Of a stretch of 64,000 bases of DNA, positions 1 to 9,418 are shown piece after piece. Source of the DNA: Candidatus Woesearchaeota archaeon (GTDB lineage Archaea > Nanobdellota > Nanobdellia > Woesearchaeales > UBA10216); assembly GCA_016192915.1 (NCBI GenBank), contig JACPTF010000002.1, positions 131,530 to 195,529 of the forward strand, read 5' to 3'. The position numbers and the translations under genes were made by a program. Every line of letters starts with the position of its first letter. The first letter of the stretch is position 1. A model generated the notes under the pieces. That model saw nothing but the letters and a program-made list of their open reading frames with translations, searched no databases and was not told where the DNA came from.

Positions 1-1
1 G

Positions 2-250
2 GCAGCGGCAGGGAAGCCACAAGGTAATGGAAGCATGAAAAACGTGAATGAAAGCGATGCTGATTTTGTAAGCAGAGGCAAACAGGAGATTTACAGGATA
101 ATAAAGGGGCTTGATGCCGGCAGAGGGGCTGACATGATAGAAGTGGTGGCAAAAGCAGCCGGCGGAAATTCCGAACAGCTTATAAAAGAGATGATACTGG
201 CCGGGGACATCTTTGAGATACTGCCTGGAAAGCTCAAGGTTCTGGAATAA
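2..250 (+). CDS. C-terminal winged-helix part of a gene truncated at the window edge, probably RPA32-like
   Basis: Frame open from position 2; C-terminal GDIFEILPGKLKVLE resembles the wH tail of archaeal RPA32-like proteins. Confidence 0.5.
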   Translation, partial: AAAGKPQGNGSMKNVNESDADFVSRGKQEIYRIIKGLDAGRGADMIEVVAKAAGGNSEQLIKEMILAGDIFEILPGKLKVLE

Positions 251-293
251 TAAGGCATAAGCTTTAAAATAGCGCAAAGTTCTCGGCTGCCTT

Positions 294-710
294 ATGACTG
301 CACAAACTTATGAAGGACTGCTGAAAAGGGCCCAGGAGCTGCTGCCGCAGAAAACACTGGCGACGGAAAGGCTTGAGGTGCCAAAGGTGCTCGGCCACAT
401 ACAGGGGAACAGAACAGTAGTGAGCAATTTCCACAACATAGCTGGCGTTATAGGGAGGCCTCTGGACCATTTCCTGAAGTACATGCTAAAGGAGCTCGCA
501 ACATCAGGGGAAATCACTAAAACAGCGCTGATTCTGGGCACAAAAGTGCCTGCATCAAGAATAAACGATAAAGTCCAGCAGTACCTAAAGGACTTTGTGG
601 TATGCCCGGAGTGCAAGAGGCCAGACACAAAGCTGGAAAAAGAAGACAACGTGACATTCATAAAGTGCTCTGCCTGCGGTGCAAGGCACGCTGTCAAGGT
701 AAGAATCTAA
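294..710 (+). CDS. eif2b: Translation initiation factor aIF-2 beta subunit
   Basis: ERLEVP, GNRTVVSNF, KELATSG and C-terminal CPEC...CSACGA zinc ribbon. Confidence 0.95.
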   Translation: MTAQTYEGLLKRAQELLPQKTLATERLEVPKVLGHIQGNRTVVSNFHNIAGVIGRPLDHFLKYMLKELATSGEITKTALILGTKVPASRINDKVQQYLKDFVVCPECKRPDTKLEKEDNVTFIKCSACGARHAVKVRI

Positions 711-717
711 AGGAAAA

Positions 718-1020
718 ATGCCAGGAACATTCATAGTTGCACAGCACAATTCCGAAGGAAGGCTCATTCTCACAGTCTGCGACAAGGAAGTGCGCGGCAA
801 AAGGCTTGAAGACAAGGAGGCTGTGCTTGATTTGAACTCAAAATTCTACCATGGCGAGGAAAAAGACGCGAAGGTTATTGAAAAGCTTATGCTGCGCGCC
901 TACACAATCCACGTTGTTGGGAAGAATGCTGTTGCACTCGCGATTAAACTTGGCCTGGCAGCAAAAGAAAACGTAAAAACTGTCGATGGAGTGCCGCACG
1001 TGCAGGTTTTAATGTTGTGA
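718..1020 (+). CDS. DUF424 family protein
   Basis: LTVCDKEVRGK, FYHGE, VVGKNAV, VDGVPHVQ pattern; usual neighbour of aIF-2 beta. Confidence 0.85.
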   Translation: MPGTFIVAQHNSEGRLILTVCDKEVRGKRLEDKEAVLDLNSKFYHGEEKDAKVIEKLMLRAYTIHVVGKNAVALAIKLGLAAKENVKTVDGVPHVQVLML

Positions 1021-1115
1021 TTATAGCAAATCACTTAAGTTTTCGTATCTTTTCAAGTGAGTTGCTATTAGGCAATAACAGATGGATATGCGGTTATTAA
1101 TGTTATTGCCTATAA
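1021..1115. repeat. Family C double long-loop hairpin element with TTATAG/CTATAA ends and 7-bp flanking direct repeat
   Basis: Hairpins 1023-1068 and 1069-1112; GTTGTGA at 1014-1020 and 1116-1122; between convergent genes. Confidence 0.65.
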
Positions 1116-1124
1116 GTTGTGATA

Positions 1125-4100
1125 CTACCCAAACCACTTCCCAAGCCCTTCCTGCTTCTCCTTATCCCTTCCAAATACAGACTCAACCCTCTTTTTTGTA
1201 AGGTCCAGAACCTGCAAGAGGTAGGGTGAAACAGCGTACTTGCCGGCAAGGCTGATTGCAGGCTCAAGGTACTTTATGATAGAGCCTTCGGAGATGGTAA
1301 AAAGGATTTTGCCGCTGCATTGGTCACAGACTCCGGCAAGGGGGGGCCTCCTGAATTTTGTGTTGCATTTGATGCACCTGAATTGTTGGGTTGAGAATTT
1401 CCTAAGGTTGCCGCGGACGTCCTTAAGGAGATGCTTTTCTATAACCAGCCTGGCAACGTCCTGCGCGTCAACGGCCCGTATTTTTTCGGCAAGAGCCATC
1501 TGGCCCTTAAGCTTCTCCTCCATTGAAGGGATGGTTTTGTAGGCAGAACATGTAACCCCTATATTGATGCTGGAAAGAGTATGCGTAAAGCCAACCCCTT
1601 CATATTGCTTAGGCGTGTTAAGGCGGGAACCAAGCAGCTCAATCTTAACATCCTGGGGCTGCTTCCACTGCATCGCTGCCTCGTACAGCTCAAGAGGGTA
1701 GTGCCATGCGACATCAAACCTGTGGGCCATGTCATCGACTTCGGCAGGAATAAGCCTTGAAGTCAGGACAAGAGGGCTATCCATTGTCTTTGCACCTCTC
1801 GAATCAGGGAGGAACTGCCTCGAGAAGTTAATAAGCGCGTCAAGCAGAAGGATGACACACGCCTCATCACCATCAGCGTCCCTTCTCATTGCAGCGTGGA
1901 AAAGAGGATGGGCGAAGAAAGCCTGGGTGCTCGAAAAACCCACTATCCTGCCAACAATTCCCGCAGATATGTGCGGGGCAAGCCCTATGACGAGATGCCC
2001 GACAAGGTCCTCTTTTGAATCAAGCCTGTAAAACGGCTCTTCCTTGTAAAATTTCATGAGAAGCTCATCAACAAACTGGGAAATCCTGAAGAGAACGGCA
2101 TCAGAGCTTTCGTCAGTTGAATCGGGGCTGGAAGGAAGAATAACATCCTGGGGCTTCAGCTCGAGCACCTGATGCTCTCCTGTGAGGGGAGTGCCATGAA
2201 TGTCCATTCTGTAGCCAAGGGCTAAAAGCTTCTGGACAGGTGTTCTGACTTCGGCTGGCGTAAAATGAGTCAGGGGAAGCTCGCTCATATCATAACGGAC
2301 AGTGCCGTCTTTGTTAACACACAGCTCGTGCTTGGCCCGGAGCACCCCCTTTGCAAGGTTTTCGGGGGTGTGATTCTTGTTTGAAGTGCCCCTGACTCCC
2401 TTAATTAGGTCAGAATGGGTTGTTTCTGCAAGTGTTTTAAGGGCCACATCTAAAAAATGCTTTATTTGCAGAGGCCTTGTTGAGTAAGTTTTGTTGGCGT
2501 GCGGGCACTTTTCAATAACGCCACACTTCTCGCAGAAAAGCATCCTTTTTGTTTTATTGCCGCAGTTCTCACAAACAGGATATATTGTCTGGGAATTGCA
2601 GCTTGGGCAGGCAGCAATCGGGAAATCAGCTGTCACCTTCCCTGCAGCAATAGCTTCCTGAAAAGAGCGAAGGCGGCCGCCTTCATCACCAACAGGGAAA
2701 AGAACGTGGGGGCTTCCCGTAAGCTTTCGCATCTTTGCCTTCTCAGGCCTGCCCATCCTTGCACCGATAAAAGTGCCTCCCTTGTCCCTCACCTGAAAAA
2801 CAGAAAGCTTTCTTACAAGGTCCAAACCGGTTTGCGGTTGCTGCAAATCGGCAGTAGCCGATTCAGCATCGGCAGCAGCCGATGCGTATCGACCCGAGGT
2901 CGATAGCACATTCCGCATTGCGGAATTGTGCTGTAGCTGCGATGGCTGAACTGCCGAAATTGAAGCACTAATGATGCTTGCCTTCCCCGAAATGACATCA
3001 GAAAACGAGGCTGATGTTTCAGTTGAAAAGAGGAGGGTTCTAACATCAATTCCCAACTGGAGCAGGAGCATTATGACGTCGTTGTGGGCTACAACAACAA
3101 ACTCATTATTAACAAAAAGGTGGGGGAGGCCTAAAAGTTCGAGGGCCCTCTTGCCTGTTTTATCCTGTGAGGAAGACCCGGCAGAAACTACGAGTTTAAC
3201 CTTCCCCACCTCAAAAATAAGCCGTGCCTTTGCAAGAAGGTTAAGCATGGCAACAAACTGCCCGCTATCCAGTGCTGACCAAAAATAAGTGTAAAATGGG
3301 TGGATTGGAACGGCGAGGGCTTCACAAAAGCGAATCGCGGCTTCGGCAGAAGGCTTTTCAAAAGGCGGGGAAAGCAACGCCTGAACTTCGTGCTCTGGCA
3401 GCAAAAGCGCGCTTGCGGCATAGGCAAACGTAAAAGCCCCAAACTTATCGAGCACTGACTTTTTGGCTTCTTCAGCGAACCATTCTTCACAGTACCCCGG
3501 GGGCACAAGCATATGGGCTCGGTCAAAGAAATCACCGTACGAGATAAGAAGGTCGCCCAGGTAAAGAATCTCAGAGACAAATGGTGCTTGCGCTCGGGCA
3601 GTGCTTTCAGAGTCAAACCTGGCAACAGAGCCATCCATCAAGCGAACAATAGGGCCATCTATCGAATCGCAAGGGGTTATTGCCGCGGCTTTGCCGGGGC
3701 GTTCAACCTTAAGCTGGGTTCCTGTGGCAACAAACCTGTCGAGTACAATCATGGTTGCAGGGCTAATGCCTGCAGCAGAATAGCCGCTTGCGCGAGTCTT
3801 GCCGTACCTCAGCCTAAAACCGCCGTGCCTGAGAGGGTGCGTTATGACAGGCCTGCCTGCAACAAGGTCTGAAATAAAAGTGTAATCGGGAGCGAGTTTC
3901 TTGGAATCATCGCTTTTCTCCTTGCTCATGCTTTTCTTTTTCTTTTGCAAGGCAATAAACTTCTCAAGAAAGGACCAGTCAATGTCAAAACCGCCTTTTA
4001 ACTGGATGCGCTTCAGCTCCTTCCAAAGTTTGGGTGCCTTAAAGGCAAGCATTGAAACAACAAGGCACACCCCTCCCCTAATCCTGTTGGTGCTTACTCT

Positions 4101-4829
4101 TGGAAGGTCTTTGTAATTGCTGACCTCAAACTTCTCAGTAGGATCACCATCAACCTCGATTGGGCAGTTTTTAACCAAAAACTCAATCTCATCCTCGCTA
4201 GCCTTGTACTGGAGGTTTGTAATGCGCTCATGGTAATCATCAAGCTCCGAAACAAAACGCTTAGCCTCAAGCTCGTCAGGATCGTAAGCCTCAAAGCCTG
4301 CCCTTCTTCTGAGAAAATCAGCTATAACAAGGCAAAAAGCGGCTGCTGTGCCGCCTGCCCCCCTTATAGGCCCTGCAAAAACAGCTGCAAAGTAATCCTT
4401 GCCATCCTTTCGCTTCTTAATCTTAAGCTCAATAAAGCCCTCAAGAGGCGCAGAAACAACGCCAGTCGTATGATAAGCAAATCCAACCCTGATGCCTGTT
4501 TCCAAGGCTTCACGCTTGTCCTTAAACGAACAGAATTTGCCATCTGCAACCTCGGCTGCGATTGTCAGGGCAACTTCCCAGGCAAGTGCGCCATACTGCC
4601 TCTCCAGATCCTGAATCCTTTCAGCAACACCACCCCCGGCCAGGGCCGGAACTACGGCAGAGACAAGGCCAACGACCCTCTCGGCAAGGTTTGATGCAAG
4701 AGGAATATCAACGACAGGCTCAGGATCCTGCCCTTTTGACCTAGCACTCTTCGCAACAGCATAACAACGCCTAAGCTTTTCATCAATCTCCAGAAAGTAC
4801 TCATCAATTTCAGTGCTCGTGCCTTTCAT
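1125..4829 (-). CDS. polC: DNA polymerase D large subunit DP2, with in-frame hairpin-repeat insertion
   Basis: AGPIRGAGGT, GGFRLRYG, IGARMGRPEKAK, AMRRDADGDE, Zn fingers, C-terminal PIP box QEGLGKWF. Confidence 0.97.
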   Translation of the reverse strand: MKGTSTEIDEYFLEIDEKLRRCYAVAKSARSKGQDPEPVVDIPLASNLAERVVGLVSAVVPALAGGGVAERIQDLERQYGALAWEVALTIAAEVADGKFCSFKDKREALETGIRVGFAYHTTGVVSAPLEGFIELKIKKRKDGKDYFAAVFAGPIRGAGGTAAAFCLVIADFLRRRAGFEAYDPDELEAKRFVSELDDYHERITNLQYKASEDEIEFLVKNCPIEVDGDPTEKFEVSNYKDLPRVSTNRIRGGVCLVVSMLAFKAPKLWKELKRIQLKGGFDIDWSFLEKFIALQKKKKSMSKEKSDDSKKLAPDYTFISDLVAGRPVITHPLRHGGFRLRYGKTRASGYSAAGISPATMIVLDRFVATGTQLKVERPGKAAAITPCDSIDGPIVRLMDGSVARFDSESTARAQAPFVSEILYLGDLLISYGDFFDRAHMLVPPGYCEEWFAEEAKKSVLDKFGAFTFAYAASALLLPEHEVQALLSPPFEKPSAEAAIRFCEALAVPIHPFYTYFWSALDSGQFVAMLNLLAKARLIFEVGKVKLVVSAGSSSQDKTGKRALELLGLPHLFVNNEFVVVAHNDVIMLLLQLGIDVRTLLFSTETSASFSDVISGKASIISASISAVQPSQLQHNSAMRNVLSTSGRYASAAADAESATADLQQPQTGLDLVRKLSVFQVRDKGGTFIGARMGRPEKAKMRKLTGSPHVLFPVGDEGGRLRSFQEAIAAGKVTADFPIAACPSCNSQTIYPVCENCGNKTKRMLFCEKCGVIEKCPHANKTYSTRPLQIKHFLDVALKTLAETTHSDLIKGVRGTSNKNHTPENLAKGVLRAKHELCVNKDGTVRYDMSELPLTHFTPAEVRTPVQKLLALGYRMDIHGTPLTGEHQVLELKPQDVILPSSPDSTDESSDAVLFRISQFVDELLMKFYKEEPFYRLDSKEDLVGHLVIGLAPHISAGIVGRIVGFSSTQAFFAHPLFHAAMRRDADGDEACVILLLDALINFSRQFLPDSRGAKTMDSPLVLTSRLIPAEVDDMAHRFDVAWHYPLELYEAAMQWKQPQDVKIELLGSRLNTPKQYEGVGFTHTLSSINIGVTCSAYKTIPSMEEKLKGQMALAEKIRAVDAQDVARLVIEKHLLKDVRGNLRKFSTQQFRCIKCNTKFRRPPLAGVCDQCSGKILFTISEGSIIKYLEPAISLAGKYAVSPYLLQVLDLTKKRVESVFGRDKEKQEGLGKWFG
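2842..2931. repeat. Family A hairpin element (90 nt, four hairpins) inside polC
   Basis: Hairpins 2846-2863, 2866-2885, 2887-2905, 2906-2931; ends TGCAAATCGG and GCGGAATTGTGC shared with copies at 35665 and 63082. Confidence 0.85.
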
Positions 4830-4888
4830 TTTGGTTTATACCCCACTGCTTGCGGTGAATGAGTAAGTTTATGCCAATCATCAGTTGC

Positions 4889-6481
4889 CTACTTGCCAAA
4901 ATTAATAATCTTTGTAGCTCTTGTTTTCAAATTAAACACAGGCAGCCTTGAGGGTTGCGGGTTGTGCCCAAGGCGCTCCTGAAACTTTGTCTTTCCCTGC
5001 CAGCAGGAGCTGTTAATAAGGGCAATGCCCTTATAATCTGATACAGACGTGCGGTGTATGTGGCCGGTAGCGAATATGTCAGGCACAATTCCGATAAACA
5101 ACGGGTCAGATGCACGGTCAGGAAGTATCAATGTGGAAGTGTGGGCTGGCGCAAGGTGCCTCCGCTGCAGCAGAAATTTCATGATCATGTCAGCCCGCTC
5201 ATAACCTCCTTGGCGCCTTATGGAATCAACATTGGCAACATAATAGTCAAAGCTGTAGCCGTGGTAAAGCAACACGTCAAAGCCGGAAAAATTTTCTGAA
5301 GCATCGATGTTGACAATGGCAGGATTTGAAACAAGAACGGCGTTTGGCAGCTTGAGCAGGGGGGCTGCAAAATCGCCGGAAAAAGCTGCCTGAGGCTCTG
5401 CCGCCCTAACAGCATCGTGATTGCCTGGGGAGATGATTATTTTGATATGCCCAGGTATCTCTGAAAGAAAATCAGCACACATCCTGTACTGCTCTGTGGC
5501 GTCCTTAACTGAGAGCTCATCATACTGGTCCTGGTAAACTCCGACGCCGTCAACAACATCACCGGCAATAAGCACATATTTTACCTTGCTTGCAATCTCC
5601 TTCTGAACCGGATTGCCTAAGCCTCCATTAATCCACTTCAAAAATTTCCTAAAATCTTCCTCAAGAAACTGCGAAGAACCAATATGGAGATCTGACATAA
5701 AAACAGCGTAGCCCTCGTTGGGAGAATGTTTTTGCTCCCTTAAAGGGACATCTGGCAGAACAATGTTTGACGCAAAAAGCGCTCCGTTACGGAAATTGCC
5801 AGTGATCGCTATGACTTCATCAAACACAAGGTCTTGGGCAAGATTAAATATCTCTCTGCGCGTCTTGTTGACAATAACGTTGGTGACTCCTGTAGGGTCC
5901 TCAAGCACAACAACCTGGTGGCCTTGCTTCGTCTGCTGTTTGCCCTTCACCATGCCTATAATTGCAACAGACTCTGCAGCCCCCCCATTCTTGAGGCGGC
6001 TGATTTGCACAAGGTTTGCAAGCTCAGGCCTTGGAGACAAAATGCCCCGGATTGCCTTATAACGGGCAGAGTAATAGCCGACAAAATCACTAACCTCTCT
6101 TTTCGCAGGGGATGCCGCATAAGAGAACACGACCTTGACCGGCGAATCGTCAATTGCTGCAGCCCCGGCCGCTTTTCTAACCCCCCATTGATTCTGAGAA
6201 AAAAGCGTTTCTAGAAATGCGGCATAAACTTCAGGCTTCTGCTTCTTTTCTGAAAGAACCCTGTAACGCTCAAGCTCGAGCCAGTTAACATCAGGCTCGT
6301 TCCTCTTTAAAAGGAGGCCAACATCCTTGTTAACAACCAGAAAGCTGCCGGAAGTGCTATTGATGAGGCTTTGAATATCAAGCGGGCTTGCCTGCTCAAT
6401 CACATCCAAAAAATCAGGGCTGACAAGGATGTTCTGCCTGAGTAGTTCATCTACGCCACTTCGCTTCTTATCAATAGCCAA
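4889..6481 (-). CDS. polB: DNA polymerase D small subunit DP1 (proofreading exonuclease)
   Basis: OB fold then SDLHIGS, AGDVVDG, PGNHD, YHG, GHIH phosphoesterase motifs; TTG start. Confidence 0.95.
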   Translation of the reverse strand: MAIDKKRSGVDELLRQNILVSPDFLDVIEQASPLDIQSLINSTSGSFLVVNKDVGLLLKRNEPDVNWLELERYRVLSEKKQKPEVYAAFLETLFSQNQWGVRKAAGAAAIDDSPVKVVFSYAASPAKREVSDFVGYYSARYKAIRGILSPRPELANLVQISRLKNGGAAESVAIIGMVKGKQQTKQGHQVVVLEDPTGVTNVIVNKTRREIFNLAQDLVFDEVIAITGNFRNGALFASNIVLPDVPLREQKHSPNEGYAVFMSDLHIGSSQFLEEDFRKFLKWINGGLGNPVQKEIASKVKYVLIAGDVVDGVGVYQDQYDELSVKDATEQYRMCADFLSEIPGHIKIIISPGNHDAVRAAEPQAAFSGDFAAPLLKLPNAVLVSNPAIVNIDASENFSGFDVLLYHGYSFDYYVANVDSIRRQGGYERADMIMKFLLQRRHLAPAHTSTLILPDRASDPLFIGIVPDIFATGHIHRTSVSDYKGIALINSSCWQGKTKFQERLGHNPQPSRLPVFNLKTRATKIINFGK

Positions 6482-6544
6482 GCTGCCCCACTCCGTCCTT
6501 TTGAAAATGCCACATTGTGTTAAATAAATATCACATTGGATAAA

Positions 6545-7753
6545 TCAAAGGTTTAAAGACTCTTCCAAGATTCTCTTGACGGCAGGTGTTGTTGCCTGCT
6601 GGGCAAGCATAATCTCCCTTGTACGGCCATACCTGCCTTTAGAGATGACCCTTGCCGTAATAATGCCAAGCATGTCAAACTCAGACAAAATATCAGATAG
6701 GCGGCGCTGGGTGAGGGGCCTTAAACCAACCTCTACACAGTACTTCTTATACATCTCGTAAACCTCACCAGTAAAAATAAACTTGTTGGTGCCATTGCTG
6801 ATAGAGACAACAGAGTACAAAACCAGCTGGGCCTGCCTGGGCTGTGTTATAACCAAATCAACTATTTTGTCCTTCTCGATCTTTTCCTCTGCAGCATCAA
6901 CATCAGAGATTCCCACAGTAGCAACACTTCTCCTGTCAGCCAACTCTCCAGCCACCCTTAACAACTCAAGTGCCCTGCGGGCATCACCGTGCTCCCTCGC
7001 AGCAAAGGCGGCACACTTCTCTACCACACCAGACTCAACAGCCCCCTTCCTGAAAGCAATAGCAGAACGGCTGAGCAGAAGGTCCTGCAGCTGAAGGGCA
7101 TTGTATGGGGGGAACAAAAGTTCCTCTTCAGAAAGGGATGATTTCACCCTCGGATCGAGATTATCAACAAACAACAAATCATTGGAAATTCCTATTAATG
7201 AAATTTGTGAGTTTTTAAGTTCTTCGTTTATTCTTGTGAGGTTGTATAAAACATCATCGCCGGCCTTTTTCACAAGCTGATCAATCTCATCCAAGATAAG
7301 AATCACAAGCTGTTTCTCTGAGTCAACAGTAGAAAAAAAAGCCTTATAAATATCCTCGGTGGGGAGACCTGTGGATGGGAGGGGCTTGCCAAGTTGCCTC
7401 GCGAGGCTTGCAATAAGCCTGTATTCGGTGTCTGCAACGTTCTTGAGCTTGCAGTTAACATAAATCTTTTGCAAAGAAACAGATTCGTTTTTGGCAACAA
7501 AAACCAACCTGTCTGTGGTGTGTTTCACTGTAAGGGTTTTGCCTGTGCCGGTTTTGCCATAAACAAAAAGGTTAGAAGGTCTTTCAAACCGCAAAGCAGG
7601 CGCAATTACAGAGGCAATCTGACGCACCTGGTCATCACGGTGAACAATCTCATCAGGAACGAAAGCGACCTGGAGTGATTGTTTATTGACAAACACAGAC
7701 TCTTTTTTAAGATAGTTTTGAAAAAAAACATCAAGGTTTTTTTCCTTCGCCAC
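6545..7753 (-). CDS. cdc6: Orc1/Cdc6 replication initiator
   Basis: GKTGTGKT, LDEID, HGDARRAL, GRYGRTR; GTG start at 7753 after GGTGGTGA Shine-Dalgarno. Confidence 0.95.
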   Translation of the reverse strand: MAKEKNLDVFFQNYLKKESVFVNKQSLQVAFVPDEIVHRDDQVRQIASVIAPALRFERPSNLFVYGKTGTGKTLTVKHTTDRLVFVAKNESVSLQKIYVNCKLKNVADTEYRLIASLARQLGKPLPSTGLPTEDIYKAFFSTVDSEKQLVILILDEIDQLVKKAGDDVLYNLTRINEELKNSQISLIGISNDLLFVDNLDPRVKSSLSEEELLFPPYNALQLQDLLLSRSAIAFRKGAVESGVVEKCAAFAAREHGDARRALELLRVAGELADRRSVATVGISDVDAAEEKIEKDKIVDLVITQPRQAQLVLYSVVSISNGTNKFIFTGEVYEMYKKYCVEVGLRPLTQRRLSDILSEFDMLGIITARVISKGRYGRTREIMLAQQATTPAVKRILEESLNL

Positions 7754-7758
7754 AATCT

Positions 7759-7952
7759 CACCACCATTTCCTATGGAAAAGCACAGAGCTCCCTTAATAA
7801 AAATTTTGATTGTGAAAAATATACAATCAAAAACAACATCAGAACTATTCGACGAAAAACAACAAAACACACCATTAATTCTATATTGAATTATCATAAA
7901 CCTGTTTGGTTTTGGGTAGTGGTTTCCACAAGAAACTAAGGGGTGATGGGGG
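7759..7952. other. Probable replication origin oriC: two inverted ORBs flanking an AT-rich DUE
   Basis: Minus-strand TTTCCATAGGAAATGGTGGTG (7759-7779), plus-strand GTTTCCACAAGAAACTAAGGGG (7922-7943), AT-rich 7795-7900, directly upstream of cdc6. Confidence 0.8.
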
Positions 7953-8016
7953 TTTTGTTACTCATAAATAATAAAAAAAGGAAAGGTTTAAATATGGCGT
8001 TTCATTCCCACCCCCT

Positions 8017-8817
8017 ATGTTGATGCAGAACGAGATAATTAACCAACTGAAAGATATTGGGTTGAATAGCTACGAATCTAAACTGTGGCTCGCGTTACTG
8101 TCAAAAGGGATTGCCGCTGCCGGTGAGCTTTCTGATATTGCTAATGTTCCCAGGAGCAGGAGCTATGATGTTTTGGAGAGTTTGGAAAAGAAGGGGTTTA
8201 TAATTCTGAAGATTGGCAAGCCGATAAAGTACATTGCGGTGCCGCCCGGCCACGTCATTGATATTGTCAGGAAGAAACTGATAGAGGATGCAGATAATCA
8301 TGATAAATTTTTGAGTAAAATTGAGCAAAGCCCACTCATTGATGAACTGAAAGGTGTTTATAAAAGTGGCATAAGGGAGATTGACCCCCTTGAGCTTACA
8401 GGCAGTGTACGGGGCAGGAAAAACCTTTACCATCATCTTGACAGGATGATAAAAAATGCCGAGAAGAGTGTTATAATAATGACTACGTCTTCAGGCATTT
8501 TGAGAAAAAAGAATGCCTTAAGCACAGCCTTTAAGAAGGCAAAGGAAAGGCGGGTGAAAATAAAGATTGCAGCCAACATTACAAATGATGTCAGACCCCA
8601 GATTGAAGAGCTGGCAGGCCTTGTTGAGCTAAGGCAGGCAAACACCCCAGCAAGATTTTGTGTTGTTGATGGGAAAGAAGTCGTGCTTATGCCTCTTGAT
8701 GACGAACTCACAAACCCCGCGTCTGACGTCGGAATTTGGGTGAGGTCTAAATTTTTTGCTTCAACTTTCGAGAAGATGTTTGAGGTAGCATGGCCAACAC
8801 TCAAGCAGGCGTTTTAG
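8017..8817 (+). CDS. TrmB family transcriptional regulator (paralog 1)
   Basis: GLNSYESKLW...VPRSRSYDVLESLEKKG HTH plus PLD-like effector domain (ARFCVVDGKE); TATA tttaaata at about 7987-7994. Confidence 0.9.
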   Translation: MLMQNEIINQLKDIGLNSYESKLWLALLSKGIAAAGELSDIANVPRSRSYDVLESLEKKGFIILKIGKPIKYIAVPPGHVIDIVRKKLIEDADNHDKFLSKIEQSPLIDELKGVYKSGIREIDPLELTGSVRGRKNLYHHLDRMIKNAEKSVIIMTTSSGILRKKNALSTAFKKAKERRVKIKIAANITNDVRPQIEELAGLVELRQANTPARFCVVDGKEVVLMPLDDELTNPASDVGIWVRSKFFASTFEKMFEVAWPTLKQAF

Positions 8818-8854
8818 GAAAAATTATAAATGGATTTACCAGCTAAAAAGCATA

Positions 8855-9349
8855 ATGACGCAAGCAGGCCTATCACCGCCCCAACAACAAAAAGAAGTTG
8901 CTTATATAGGTTGTTTGTATTTTCCAGGTCTTAGATTCGTTCAAGTAAGTATTGTAGTGGCGCCAGAAGATAGGTGGGGGCATCCAAGCTTGCACCCTCC
9001 ACGAGTAAAAAGAACCGTGGGGGAATACATTGGGCCTTTAGAAAGTGTTGAGGCTTACGTAATCCAAATACTAACGCCCCGCAATATGCTAAGTGCCGCC
9101 ACTTCTGAGTTGGAAGGGCTTGAAGGACTTATCCGTAAAGCTTCCTACTGGCCTGAGCTTGGCTTAAATTGCGAGCCGAAAAAATCACCAAGCCCCAAAC
9201 ATTCTATTGGCTGGTTTTGGGAAGGGAAGAGAGTGAAGATGCCGGTTTCGGTAATAGAGACGGCAGTATTAAGCCTTCAAGATCCCCAAAGTTACAGAAC
9301 TTTATCTTCAGAGGATTTGGCATACATTAGGGCCAACTGTTTAGCATGA
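8855..9349 (+). CDS. Hypothetical protein
   Basis: 164-aa ORF filling the gap, upstream ttataaa box; no recognised motif. Confidence 0.55.
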   Translation: MTQAGLSPPQQQKEVAYIGCLYFPGLRFVQVSIVVAPEDRWGHPSLHPPRVKRTVGEYIGPLESVEAYVIQILTPRNMLSAATSELEGLEGLIRKASYWPELGLNCEPKKSPSPKHSIGWFWEGKRVKMPVSVIETAVLSLQDPQSYRTLSSEDLAYIRANCLA

Positions 9350-9418
9350 GCAAAAGCTTTTTAAAGCTGCCAGTAAATTACCTTAAGAGCCGTAACTGAG
9401 CTAAAAGAGGTGGGGCAA

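Noticed and set aside
2842-3030. Intein in DP2
   Set aside because: No Hint motifs or terminal HN; the extra sequence is low-complexity plus the Family A repeat.
7754-7897. N-terminal extension of Cdc6
   Set aside because: Runs through the AT-rich origin; the GTG at 7753 has an SD and matches the expected protein start.
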